Source: Macrostomum lignano
Taxonomy: Eukaryota
Length of the DNA: 64,000 nucleotides
Direction of reading: 5' to 3'
Assembly: GCA_002269645.1 (NCBI GenBank)
Contig: NIVC01003045.1
Location: 13,703-77,702 of the forward strand
The translations under genes were made by a program, and so were the position numbers. Positions 39,610 through 52,200 of this stretch are shown here, piece by piece. The first letter of the stretch is position 1, and each line of letters begins with the position of its first letter. A model generated the notes under the pieces. It was given only the letters and a program-made list of their open reading frames with translations, ran no database searches and was not told the origin of the DNA.

Positions 39610-40610
39610 AACAGCAACAACAACAACAAATTATATGCAGCTAGCAATCAAAGTCACAGAGCAGGGTGCTTCAGATGGCGCGCCGCAGAGCCTGAGAGCG
39701 GACGAAGTCCGCTCCGTTGGCAGTGTCGGGCGCCCTGGCGTCGCGTACGTAGGAGGCAGTCCACGTATCGACGGGTTTGGGCCTGACCCCGCCTGAGCGG
39801 GCCCTGCAGAGTGAGCAACAGGACGTCCTGAACAGGTTGGGGGCAGTAGCCCTCGGCCCGGATCACGTACGTGGCCCGCCAGTTGAAGTCGCCGCCGGCG
39901 CAGGATGGTGGACGGGCGCTGCAGCTTGGCCCGATCGTACAGGGCCTCAGTCCCGACGCTCTCGTCAGCTCGAAAGGTCGCACGGAGCAGCCCTGAATGC
40001 GCCGAGTCCAGCTGCCGCTCTAAGCGTAGCCGTCAGTGTCCACGTCTCGGCGTTGTAGAGCACACCGCCTGCCACAGCCGACGAGCCCTCTGGCGGTCGG
40101 GCAGCGCTTCGGACTGGACGTCGGCCCGGATCGAACGGAAGGCCGCCCAGGCAAGTCCTCGGCGCCGCCCGATCGAGGTCTTCGTCCACGTGAGGCACCA
40201 GACAGCCGAGTAGGTGATCCCGCTGGTAGCGTGCGCGCGAGCGTGGTCATCTGCCCGTCTGCGAGGCGACATGTCAGGTCCGCTAGCGCTGGGATGTCGG
40301 CCGGCACAGTCAGCACCTAGGTCTTTAGCGTGTTTACAACCAGTTCCGACGCTCAATGCCACCTTGACCAACCTGTCGATCTGGCGGGATGCCACCTTGA
40401 ACGGATGAGGACAGGAGGGCGAGTTCGTCGGCGTAGCCAAGCAAATAATAATAAGGCGCTTTTCGCCGTGGCGGCGACCGATGCGTCTGCGCAGCGCAGG
40501 AAGCCGTCGTTAGCCGAGGAGACTGCGGTCCGAAGCACCCAGTGGCAGCAGCACGAAGAGAAACGGCGCCAAAGTGTCGCCATGCAGAACTCCTGATGAA
40601 GTGTCGAACT
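39610..40610 (-). mobile_element. Degenerate RTE-clade LINE fragment (duplicate at 48119-49119)
   Basis: Minus-strand fragments FDTSSGVLHGDTLAPFLF, RRRGLAWAAFRSIR, LYNAETWTLT, HVIRAEGYCPQPVQDVLLLTLQ; (CAA)n tail at 39610-39629; same family as 37153-38197. Confidence 0.85.
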
Positions 40611-40639
40611 GATGATGATTTACATGTATGTAATCGCCC

Positions 40640-40694
<55 letters not shown>

Positions 40695-41199
40695 ACCGTC
40701 TTCTCATGGGGGAAGGATCAGATCGTATGACTATATGGATGGCTGCCAGCCGTCTATGACCAGACTATGACCGACAGATCGCCCTTCAGGTTGTCCCGCC
40801 CATGCATATTGATAACTTTTTGGTAGTGCTATATTTAGAGATGGGGTAAGGACCCAAATGTGCCCCATCGATAGCTATAAGGTGCAAATATTGATCATCG
40901 GGTTATTGCATGACCCACTGGCTGCGGCCGGAGCCCCGCCTGGGATGGGTATCAAAGGGTTGGAGCTTAATTAGCGGCGAGCAGCATGCAGCCGAATAGC
41001 TAATAGGAATCTGCTTGGGCACAAATCGAGAACTCCGGGATCATACAGACGGATTTTTATAAGGGGATCTTTTAAGGCTGTGATGACATACGGTTCAGAT
41101 TGCAAAAAGTACATGTAGTGTATAGAGAACACGTAGAACAGCTATACGTGTACATCTAGTTTGGATTGATCAATGGGTTCGGGCCTGGCTCCTCATATG

Positions 41200-41460
41200 A
41201 AAGGTAATTTCCTCTCCACATGGAGCACCAGACCGCTGATGTGATGAACCACTGCTGGCAGCGTGCGTCTGCGTCGTGGCATGTCAGGTCCGCTGATACG
41301 TCAGCAGACACAGTCAGCATCTCGGTCTTCAATATGCTGTCAACGCTTGAACCCACCTCTTTCTGTGCTTTCAACAGACGAGAAAAAGAGGCTGAGGTCG
41401 CCAGCGTTGCCAAACAAGCTCAGGTGTTTTTTGCCGCTGTGGCGAACGATGCGTCTCCAC
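41200..41460 (-). pseudogene. Short, older RTE reverse-transcriptase relic (duplicate at about 49711-49971)
   Basis: RLLKAQKEVGSSVDSILKTEMLTVSADVSADLTCHDADARCQ aligns by eye with the post-YADD region of the neighbouring RTE copies. Confidence 0.55.
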
Positions 41461-41487
41461 AACAGATAAAAAAGCAGGAAGAAATCT

Positions 41488-42630
41488 CTCCATTTCAGCA
41501 TTCGAGGTGTGCCACGAAGCTCACAGATGTTCAATTGAAAATATATTTTTTGTGTAAGGTCTACTCAGATGTTATATTGCAAAAATGCTTTAAGTTTAAT
41601 TTTAAAAAGATTTTCCTTACTGTAGTATGCATTTGATTTTTTTGTACAGTCACCATCTACGTCGTAAATTCTAAAGAAAATTCACTCCATTTCAGCATTC
41701 GAGGTGTGCCACGAAGCTCACAGATGTTCAATTGAAAATATATTTTTTGTGTAAGGTCTACTCAGATGTTATATTGCAAAAATGCTTTAAGTTTCATTTT
41801 AAAAAGATTTTCCTTGCTGTAGTATGCATTTGATTTTTTTGTACAGTCACCATCTACGTCGTAAATTCTAAAGAAAATTCACTCCATTTCAGCATTCGAG
41901 GTGTGCCACGAAGCTCACAGATGTTCAATTGAAAATATATTTTTGGTGTAAGGTCTACTCAGATGTTATATTGCAAAAATGCTTTTAGTTTAATTTTAAA
42001 AAGATTTTCCTTGCTGTAGTATGCATTTGATTTTTTTGTACAGTCACCATCTACGTCGTAAATTCTAAAGAAAATTCACTCCATTTCAGCATTCGAGGTG
42101 TGCCACGAAGCTCACAGATGTTCAATTGAAAATATATTTTTTGTGTAAGGTCTACTCAGATGTTATATTGCAAAAATGCTTTTAGTTTAATTTTAAAAAG
42201 ATTTTCCTTGCTGTAGTATGCATTTGATTTTTTTGTACAGTCACCATCTACGTCGTAAATTCTAAAGAAAATTCACTCCATTTCAGCATTCGAGGTGTGC
42301 CACGAAGCTCACAGATGTTCAATTGAAAATATATTTTTTGTGTAAGGTCTACTCAGATGTTATATTGCAAAAATGCTTTTAGTTTAATTTTAAAAAGATT
42401 TTCCTTGCTGTAGTATGCATTTGATTTTTTTGTACAGTCACCATCTACGTCGTAAATTCTAAAGAAAATTCACTCCATTTCAGCATTCGAGGTGTGCCAC
42501 GAAGCTCACAGATGTTCAATTGAAAAGATATTTTTTGTGTAAAGTCTACTCAGATGTTATATTGCAAAAATGCTTTTAGTTGAATTTTAAAAAGATTTTC
42601 CTTACTGTAGTATGCATTTGATTTTTTGTT
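41488..42630. repeat. 197-bp satellite x about 5.8 (duplicate at about 49999-51141)
   Basis: CTCCATTTCAGCATTCG recurs at 41488, 41685, 41882, 42079, 42276 and 42473. Confidence 0.97.
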
Positions 42631-44241
42631 TATTTATTTTCGTGGAACTGAACGTGGAACTAAAAATCCGGTCATTAAATTGAGAGTCAGCCTTTTGACA
42701 GGGCTTACTTATTTTAATCATCTAAACATTTATGGATATTAAATAAACAAATAATTACCATGCGGTGAGGGTTTTATTGTATATTTTAGCTGTAAATGAA
42801 CTTTTAGAAGCTATTTATAACATATAAAATTTATCAATTACCGAGAGCGTTTTGAAATAAAAGTTCTTTTATTTTATATTTTCGAGGAACGGGACACTTT
42901 AAATTCCTACTACGGATCTAGAATTTCGTTAATCAAGGTAGTCAAAGGCCTAGTCTTCGAACTTGAAGACGCTTGAGCTTGAGCATGCTCGGCCTTCTTA
43001 TCCCTATTGATCTAATTAATCCGATTATTGATTTGAGCACTAATCCAAACTAAGGACTACTTCAGTAGAAGGACGGGAAACTACGTTTCTTGGAAATATA
43101 GGAAGCAGGTTTTAACTAAAAATGCATTAAACTAAAGTAACTAGACAATGGAGGTTTTCATTTTTTATTTCATTTAAAAGTGGGAATGCAGAATGATATA
43201 GCTTGAAAGCTTTGTCTTTGACATTAAGTCTATTAGTCAGGTTGTAGAATTAGTCAGTTTTCAGTCAGTGTAGAGAGGAGCAGATGCATTAGACATAACT
43301 CAAACAACTCATTTACTTACCAGGGTAATGGATGCCAAAAACTGTGCCTTTTTAAGAACCAGTTAATAGTTTTAAAAACTGGTTTGCTCATCATTTTTTT
43401 TTAAAGAACAAAATATGCATAGAACTTATATACTATTATATATTTGCCTTATTTTTAATGTTTATCTGTTGCTGCCTAAAGCATGTTATTTTTCTTAACA
43501 ACTATCTAACTAATTAATAATAATGTTGTCAGTTTTGCAAATAATGTGATTAAATGAACTTTTATTACTTTATAATAATAATCAGTTTGTGTGTAGGCCT
43601 AAATTGTCCTGCATAGACATTTTTTTGCATTTGAAGTTTTTTTAGGCTAGGCCGAATGACAATAGAAAAATTAGCATTTTTTACTACTTTGCAAGAGAAC
43701 AAAACTTTGTTTTATTTTTTTACTTTTGTTTTATTTTTTCTTGTTTTATTATCCAAAATGGCATATAAACAAGAGGAAACAATGGTCTCCTTGCTAGATC
43801 TTTCTACAACCCTAATAACAGTACTAATGGTTTAGATAAATGGCAAGAATAAATACCTTTTCATCTAATTAGTAATAATTAGATGGGCATTTTTGCGATT
43901 ATAGAGAAAAAAGCCTAAAAACTAGAGAATATTTAATTGGAGTTAAATTGAAGCAGTAAGTGGGCGCTAGGCCCAAACTGATATATTTATACTAGACAAA
44001 CTTTGGGGGTTAAGCCCATAATAATGAGAGGGGTGGAGTGTGCGACTGAAGAGAAAGGTGAGAATGGAGAGCCAATCAGAAGGCAGTAAGGGAAAAAGAT
44101 AGGAATAACAAGATTGAGCTAGACAGAGAGAGAAAACAGAATAAACAGAGAAAAATGAAGGTGAACTAAAAAATGACTAGGAACGTTGCAACAACAACTT
44201 AACAGTAAGAATACCAAGCCATTTTTCTGCGCATCAAACTA

Positions 44242-44834
44242 CCAAGAGGGGGGAAACCCCCCCCTGACAATTTTTTTTGTCAGAGAAATTTGCATCAGGG
44301 TATCCATAGTCACTTGGTGTCATCTGTGACTTGGTGACAGTGTCGGGATGATGATAGAATGCTTAAGAGACTAGTTGAGAATGTCTAGCAGTTGAGGCTT
44401 GCCCACTGTCAAGGCTTGATTGGTGAAACTCGAGAAATTTGCATCAAGGTGTTCATAGTCACCTGGTGCCACCTGTTGAAGGTCTAGAAGCTCTGTCTCA
44501 GTGAAGGCCAGTAACCAACAAAGTTAGAACTAATGCAGACAGGTGTTCGACATGTTGATGAAATTTGGAGGCTTGGCAAGGCTGCACTGAGGCGCAGTGC
44601 TAATTGGTACATAGGGGTGTATTGAATACACTGGCGCTTATAGGAAAGATCCGACCTTTCGGCAGAATTGTCAAATATCTCGATGGTCCAAAGGGCTAGG
44701 GACTGGATTCTTGTTTGAGAAGGTGTGCAACAAAAAGTTAGCCTGTGTTCTTGAATTTCGTGTGCCTGCGTTGCTCTATTCCAGCATAGCAAAAAAATTG
44801 TTAGGGGGTAGGAAAATTCCCCCCCCCCTCTTGG
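44242..44834. mobile_element. About 590-bp MITE with TA TSD (duplicate at about 52753-53347)
   Basis: TIR CCAAGAGGGGGG...CCCCTGACAATTTTTTT / AAAAAAATTGTTAGGGGG...CCCCCCTCTTGG. TA flanks both ends; the reconstructed empty site AACTAGTT is palindromic. Confidence 0.7.
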
Positions 44835-45102
44835 TAGTTCTACTGTTAATCTGAGCTTCTTCAGAGACAAGATGTAATGCTCTACATTGACAGTTGTGTT
44901 TGGCTCTAGAAAGTTGATAGTCAGAAGGCCATGGCAATCAAAAAAGCAGCAGCATCAGCTTCTGGCAATGAACTTCTTGATAAGCCTTGCTTGGAAGGTC
45001 GGAACCCCTTATTGCCCAGACCTTTGACTCTTCTTTTGTTGGGGGGTCAAAGTGAGGCAGCCAGGTTTCATCACCTGTGACAATGAGCTGTCAAAAGGCC
45101 TC

Positions 45103-45847
45103 CTACCTGCCTCGCTCTTTGAGAAACCTGAGATTGCTCTTGTACATGTTCTGTTGCTGTGCTTTTATCTCCAGTGTGAGAAGCCTCGAAACCCACCTGG
45201 CACTGAGCTTGATGAGATCTATGCTGCAGATGCAATGATAAACTATGGACTTTGGCATATCTAGTCTGTTAACAATTTCCCTGATGGTAAGGCAAGCATC
45301 ATCTTCAAACAGATCCAAAATTTGATTGCTCAAAGTCTTGGATGTGGACATCCTTGGCTGACCACATTTTGGCCATGCCGTCACATTGGTTCAACCAGCC
45401 TCAAACTCTTCAATCTACCAGTAAATCGTGCTCTTGATCACTGTGTGCTATTTATGGATATACTGCAGTTTACTTAAAATCTCCAATCCATTGTGTCCAA
45501 GGCTCCATAGAGTAAAAATGGCATGGTACTACCCCTTTTTTGAGTGGATGTCCAACATGTTGGCACAAACTTTGTTGCTTCAGAAGCGCAAGTTGACAAG
45601 ATGTCTGGCTTAGCTGTGCCATCCATGTAAAGCTTAGTATCAGCTGGCTTTAATGATACTGCATATGTTCATAGTTTTGGTATTCAGCCCATAGACATGC
45701 GTTACTATATCTTATCTTATTAACATAATTCAAAATATATTGCATAGATAGATAAAGCCACTTTAATGAAATGTCAATGTCATTTATGTATCTGACTCTA
45801 GCTATGAACTATGTTGAAAAGTCCCACTACTTTTTGGACACCCCTTG
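45103..45847 (-). mobile_element. Truncated, heavily mutated mariner relic (duplicate at 53616-54360)
   Basis: One TIR (CAAGGGGTGTCCAAAAAGTAGTGGG on minus) plus TA at 45848. Translation STIYW*IEEFEAG*TNV...PKCGQP...DACLTIREI...KLSARWVSRLLT matches the mariner HTH and WVPxL regions. Confidence 0.75.
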
Positions 45848-46203
45848 TAAATCAGTTTTTTGGTCAAAAGGATCATAGTCCTAATGTAAATTTCCCATAA
45901 AGAAACCCAAAATATTTCTTTCATAAAAAATAGAATAATTTTTTTATTCCTCAACCAAATTTAACAAATGAGGCCATTTTAGACTTCTGTCACTTAGATC
46001 TATCTAGCTAAGAAATAAAAATTATAGAAATATAAAATTTCAAGATCTCACTGGAGTCCCTAGATATAGCATTCTTGTTTTCATATAAAATATTAATACA
46101 AATTACATGAATAATTGCAAACTAATTGGACTTAGGAATGAAAGGAAATATATTGAAATCTAGGCTGAAGTCTTAGATTGTAGATAAAACAGGTGCCTAA
46201 TAG

Positions 46204-46365
46204 TTCCCACTATTTAGTAGGCTTGCTTTAGCATGCCTAGCTCTACTACCTAGTAACAATGATAGTAAACAAGCATTCTTAGACTTGGTAAACATCCTGA
46301 CAAATAAGCGCAATTGCCTGTCAGGTGATATGATCAGAGCAGCCTTGCAAGTAAAGTACAACCTC
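46204..46365 (+). pseudogene. hAT transposase C-terminal dimerisation-domain relic (duplicate at 54717-54878)
   Basis: FPLFSRLALACLALLPSNNDSKQAFLDLVNILTNKRNCLSGDMIRAALQVKYNL matches the hAT pattern FPxLxxLA..LxLPxSNAxSERxFS...ILTxKRNRL...LxVKxN. Confidence 0.7.
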
Positions 46366-49148
46366 AAATCAGCAATAAAGCTTAAGCTATGGCTTCAATT
46401 TTAGCAAATCACTTATTGTTGTTGCATGAACTGCGTCCCAACATTATAGGCAAAGAGAATGCAAATGGCATGCTTTAGAAGCAGAGGCAAATATTAAGAA
46501 GAGGTGAGAATTAGAGAAGGCCTAGCATCAATGCCTGCAAGCAGAGATTTGGAAGGCCAAAGAGCAGCAGCAGAAGAAAAAGAACTGAGTAAACAAGAGG
46601 CTACTGCCACTGCTATGCTGCAGGTGTATCAAGAAGCAACGAAAAACATTCAACAGCTATGCAAGGGTCTTGCTGCCAGTGCTAAGAAGCAAAAGTAACT
46701 TTGTGTAACTTTGTGAACATGTGAGACTGTCACACTAGACACCATCCCAGACAGCTACCCATCCTTTCCTGCCTAGAGTTAGGCAAGGCCATTTAATATT
46801 CAAGCAATTTAATTTATAAGTTTCATTTCATATTTTTATTTCTATTTTAAAGTTTTATATTTTTCTCATAATTGTAGGTTTCTTGTCTATCCTTGTTGAA
46901 ATTTTCAATCTTCTACAAAATCTTGTAATAAAATCTGCCATTGTACTTTTTTAAAATGCTTAATTAGGCTTCAATTCAATTAGGCTATTCAGTCAATATT
47001 GTAATCGTATGTACTTAACTCTTTCTTTGGCTAGACTAAAATAGTCTGAAGTTCAAAAACCTTAAATGTATTCATATCCATCATTAAAATATAATTTATA
47101 TGAAATATAATCTACCAAAATTCTGAAAATGGGTTAGGTGCAAGTGCCATGCCACAAGTTCTTTTGTGGCAAGAATTACAACAATAAGAAACAACAATTA
47201 ATTGAGATGACCGGATTTTCAGTTCTCGGTTCAGTTCCGAAATTTAAATTAATTCACTCCGGATTGCCTCTAAATAGTTAGTGTATAAACAAAGTAAAAA
47301 CATTTCTGCTCCAATTGCACTTAAACATCAAATAAAAAGCATTGCCATTGCAAGAGATTTTTAAATTATATTATTTTTTTATGATAGTTTTAAATTTTAT
47401 TGTATTTTTTTCGTCAGTCATTTTAGCGCGCATATGAAACTTATGCACACGAAATTCAAAAGCACATTGCTTTGGAAGTGCTTTGAATGAGAATACACTA
47501 AGGCAAAGGCAGTGGCGCAACCAGGTGGGGGCGGGGGGCGGTCTGGTGCCCCCAGGTCTGAGACCCAAAAAATCAAAGAATCAAAGGGGGGACCAAGCGA
47601 ACTTTCGCCAAAACAGAGCCACCCCGTCCGCCCCACCTCCCGGGACTTTACCCTCCAGAATCCGCCCCCTCATAAAATTTCTGGTTGCACTACTGAACGA
47701 AAGTTTCCTTACACACCCTCTCTTCAATATAAATTTATAATTATATTATATTTCAATATAAAATTATAATATTAATTACATATTATAATTATAATTATAA
47801 TTATAATTTTACTTACATGTATATTAATTATATAATTAAAAAAGATATTTAATTTATCTGCACTTTCTTTAAAAATTTAACCTCATAAAAATAAAATATA
47901 AGCATTAAAAGTCATGCTCAAATGTCTTTTGCTGAGCAAAACTGTCACTCTATAATGATGGTATTAAATATTTACGCGTAGATGAACTTTGTTTTAGTTT
48001 TTAGTTACTCTTAAGACTAGAAAAAAAATCACCTGGGACTATATGAAGTATAACTTGTTTCAACTAATTGTTTTACTTAAATGAATAAAAAATATATACA
48101 CTGTAAAAGTTAGCTCATAACAGCAACAACAACAACAAATTATATGCAGCTAGCAATCAAAGTCACAGAGCAGGGTGCTTCAGATGGCGCGCCGCAGAGC
48201 CTGAGAGCGGACGAAGTCCGCTCCGTTGGCAGTGTCGGGCGCCCTGGCGTCGCGTACGTAGGAGGCAGTCCACGTATCGACGGGTTTGGGCCTGACCCCG
48301 CCTGAGCGGGCCCTGCAGAGTGAGCAACAGGACGTCCTGAACAGGTTGGGGGCAGTAGCCCTCGGCCCGGATCACGTACGTGGCCCGCCAGTTGAAGTCG
48401 CCGCCGGCGCAGGATGGTGGACGGGCGCTGCAGCTTGGCCCGATCGTACAGGGCCTCAGTCCCGACGCTCTCGTCAGCTCGAAAGGTCGCACGGAGCAGC
48501 CCTGAATGCGCCGAGTCCAGCTGCCGCTCTAAGCGTAGCCGTCAGTGTCCACGTCTCGGCGTTGTAGAGCACACCGCCTGCCACAGCCGACGAGCCCTCT
48601 GGCGGTCGGGCAGCGCTTCGGACTGGACGTCGGCCCGGATCGAACGGAAGGCCGCCCAGGCAAGTCCTCGGCGCCGCCCGATCGAGGTCTTCGTCCACGT
48701 GAGGCACCAGACAGCCGAGTAGGTGATCCCGCTGGTAGCGTGCGCGCGAGCGTGGTCATCTGCCCGTCTGCGAGGCGACATGTCAGGTCCGCTAGCGCTG
48801 GGATGTCGGCCGGCACAGTCAGCACCTAGGTCTTTAGCGTGTTTACAACCAGTTCCGACGCTCAATGCCACCTTGACCAACCTGTCGATCTGGCGGGATG
48901 CCACCTTGAACGGATGAGGACAGGAGGGCGAGTTCGTCGGCGTAGCCAAGCAAATAATAATAAGGCGCTTTTCGCCGTGGCGGCGACCGATGCGTCTGCG
49001 CAGCGCAGGAAGCCGTCGTTAGCCGAGGAGACTGCGGTCCGAAGCACCCAGTGGCAGCAGCACGAAGAGAAACGGCGCCAAAGTGTCGCCATGCAGAACT
49101 CCTGATGAAGTGTCGAACTGATGATGATTTACATGTATGTAATCGCCC

Positions 49149-49205
<57 letters not shown>

Positions 49206-52200
49206 ACCGTCTTCTCATGGGGGAAGGATCAGATCGTATGACTATATGGATGGCTGCCAGCCGTCTATGACCAGACTATGACCGACAGATCGCCCTTCAG
49301 GTTGTCCCGCCCATGCATATTGATAACTTTTTGGTAGTGCTATATTTAGAGATGGGGTAAGGACCCAAATGTGCCCCATCGATAGCTATAAGGTGCAAAT
49401 ATTGATCATCGGGTTATTGCATGACCCACTGGCTGCGGCCGGAGCCCCGCCTGGGATGGGTATCAAAGGGTTGGAGCTTAATTAGCGGCGAGCAGCATGC
49501 AGCCGAATAGCTAATAGGAATCTGCTTGGGCACAAATCGAGAACTCCGGGATCATACAGACGGATTTTTATAAGGGGATCTTTTAAGGCTGTGATGACAT
49601 ACGGTTCAGATTGCAAAAAGTACATGTAGTGTATAGAGAACACGTAGAACAGCTATACGTGTACATCTAGTTTGGATTGATCAATGGGTTCGGGCCTGGC
49701 TCCTCATATGAAAGGTAATTTCCTCTCCACATGGAGCACCAGACCGCTGATGTGATGAACCACTGCTGGCAGCGTGCGTCTGCGTCGTGGCATGTCAGGT
49801 CCGCTGATACGTCAGCAGACACAGTCAGCATCTCGGTCTTCAATATGCTGTCAACGCTTGAACCCACCTCTTTCTGTGCTTTCAACAGACGAGAAAAAGA
49901 GGCTGAGGTCGCCAGCGTTGCCAAACAAGCTCAGGTGTTTTTTGCCGCTGTGGCGAACGATGCGTCTCCACAACAGATAAAAAAGCAGGAAGAAATCTCT
50001 CCATTTCAGCATTCGAGGTGTGCCACGAAGCTCACAGATGTTCAATTGAAAATATATTTTTTGTGTAAGGTCTACTCAGATGTTATATTGCAAAAATGCT
50101 TTAAGTTTAATTTTAAAAAGATTTTCCTTACTGTAGTATGCATTTGATTTTTTTGTACAGTCACCATCTACGTCGTAAATTCTAAAGAAAATTCACTCCA
50201 TTTCAGCATTCGAGGTGTGCCACGAAGCTCACAGATGTTCAATTGAAAATATATTTTTTGTGTAAGGTCTACTCAGATGTTATATTGCAAAAATGCTTTA
50301 AGTTTAATTTTAAAAAGATTTTCCTTGCTGTAGTATGCATTTGATTTTTTTGTACAGTCACCATCTACGTCGTAAATTCTAAAGAAAATTCACTCCATTT
50401 CAGCATTCGAGGTGTGCCACGAAGCTCACAGATGTTCAATTGAAAATATATTTTTGGTGTAAGGTCTACTCAGATGTTATATTGCAAAAATGCTTTTAGT
50501 TTAATTTTAAAAAGATTTTCCTTGCTGTAGTATGCATTTGATTTTTTTGTACAGTCACCATCTACGTCGTAAATTCTAAAGAAAATTCACTCCATTTCAG
50601 CATTCGAGGTGTGCCACGAAGCTCACAGATGTTCAATTGAAAATATATTTTTTGTGTAAGGTCTACTCAGATGTTATATTGCAAAAATGCTTTTAGTTTA
50701 ATTTTAAAAAGATTTTCCTTGCTGTAGTATGCATTTGATTTTTTTGTACAGTCACCATCTACGTCGTAAATTCTAAAGAAAATTCACTCCATTTCAGCAT
50801 TCGAGGTGTGCCACGAAGCTCACAGATGTTCAATTGAAAATATATTTTTTGTGTAAGGTCTACTCAGATGTTATATTGCAAAAATGCTTTTAGTTTAATT
50901 TTAAAAAGATTTTCCTTGCTGTAGTATGCATTTGATTTTTTTGTACAGTCACCATCTACGTCGTAAATTCTAAAGAAAATTCACTCCATTTCAGCATTCG
51001 AGGTGTGCCACGAAGCTCACAGATGTTCAATTGAAAAGATATTTTTTGTGTAAAGTCTACTCAGATGTTATATTGCAAAAATGCTTTTAGTTGAATTTTA
51101 AAAAGATTTTCCTTACTGTAGTATGCATTTGATTTTTTGTTTATTTATTTTCGTGGAACTGAACGTGGAACTAAAAATCCGGTCATTAAATTGAGAGTCA
51201 GCCTTTTGACAGGGCTTACTTATTTTAATCATCTAAACATTTATGGATATTAAATAAACAAATAATTACCATGCGGTGAGGGTTTTATTGTATATTTTAG
51301 CTGTAAATGAACTTTTAGAAGCTATTTATAACATATAAAATTTATCAATTACCGAGAGCGTTTTGAAATAAAAGTTCTTTTATTTTATATTTTCGAGGAA
51401 CGGGACACTTTAAATTCCTACTACGGATCTAGAATTTCGTTAATCAAGGTAGTCAAAGGCCTAGTCTTCGAACTTGAAGACGCTTGAGCTTGAGCATGCT
51501 CGGCCTTCTTATCCCTATTGATCTAATTAATCCGATTATTGATTTGAGCACTAATCCAAACTAAGGACTACTTCAGTAGAAGGACGGGAAACTACGTTTC
51601 TTGGAAATATAGGAAGCAGGTTTTAACTAAAAATGCATTAAACTAAAGTAACTAGACAATGGAGGTTTTCATTTTTTATTTCATTTAAAAGTGGGAATGC
51701 AGAATGATATAGCTTGAAAGCTTTGTCTTTGACATTAAGTCTATTAGTCAGGTTGTAGAATTAGTCAGTTTTCAGTCAGTGTAGAGAGGAGCAGATGCAT
51801 TAGACATAACTCAAACAACTCATTTACTTACCAGGGTAATGGATGCCAAAAACTGTGCCTTTTTAAGAACCAGTTAATAGTTTTAAAAACTGGTTTGCTC
51901 ATCATTTTTTTTTAAAGAACAAAATATGCATAGAACTTATATACTATTATATATTTGCCTTATTTTTAATGTTTATCTGTTGCTGCCTAAAGCATGTTAT
52001 TTTTCTTAACAACTATCTAACTAATTAATAATAATGTTGTCAGTTTTGCAAATAATGTGATTAAATGAACTTTTATTACTTTATAATAATAATCAGTTTG
52101 TGTGTAGGCCTAAATTGTCCTGCATAGACATTTTTTTGCATTTGAAGTTTTTTTAGGCTAGGCCGAATGACAATAGAAAAATTAGCATTTTTTACTACTT

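Larger units (their letters stand above)
38698..42675. mobile_element. About 4-kb non-autonomous TIR element with 9-bp TSD (Mutator-like); second copy 47207-51186
   Basis: Left end ATGACCGGATTTTCAGTTCTCGGTTCAGTTCC and right end GGAACTGAACGTGGAACTAAAAATCCGGTCAT are about 32-bp imperfect TIRs. Flanks TTAATTGAG (38689-38697) and TAAATTGAG (42676-42684) match 8/9. Confidence 0.7.

Noticed and set aside
40593-40620. CTGATGA hammerhead or C-box-like motif (also 22283-22305, 30911)
   Set aside because: At 40593 it is the reverse complement of RTE codons (SSG); none of the sites has stem II followed by GAAA plus stems I and III.
46504-46698. 64-aa ORF downstream of the hAT relic (duplicate at 55017-55211)
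   Set aside because: Possibly a further decayed transposase segment, but no diagnostic motif.
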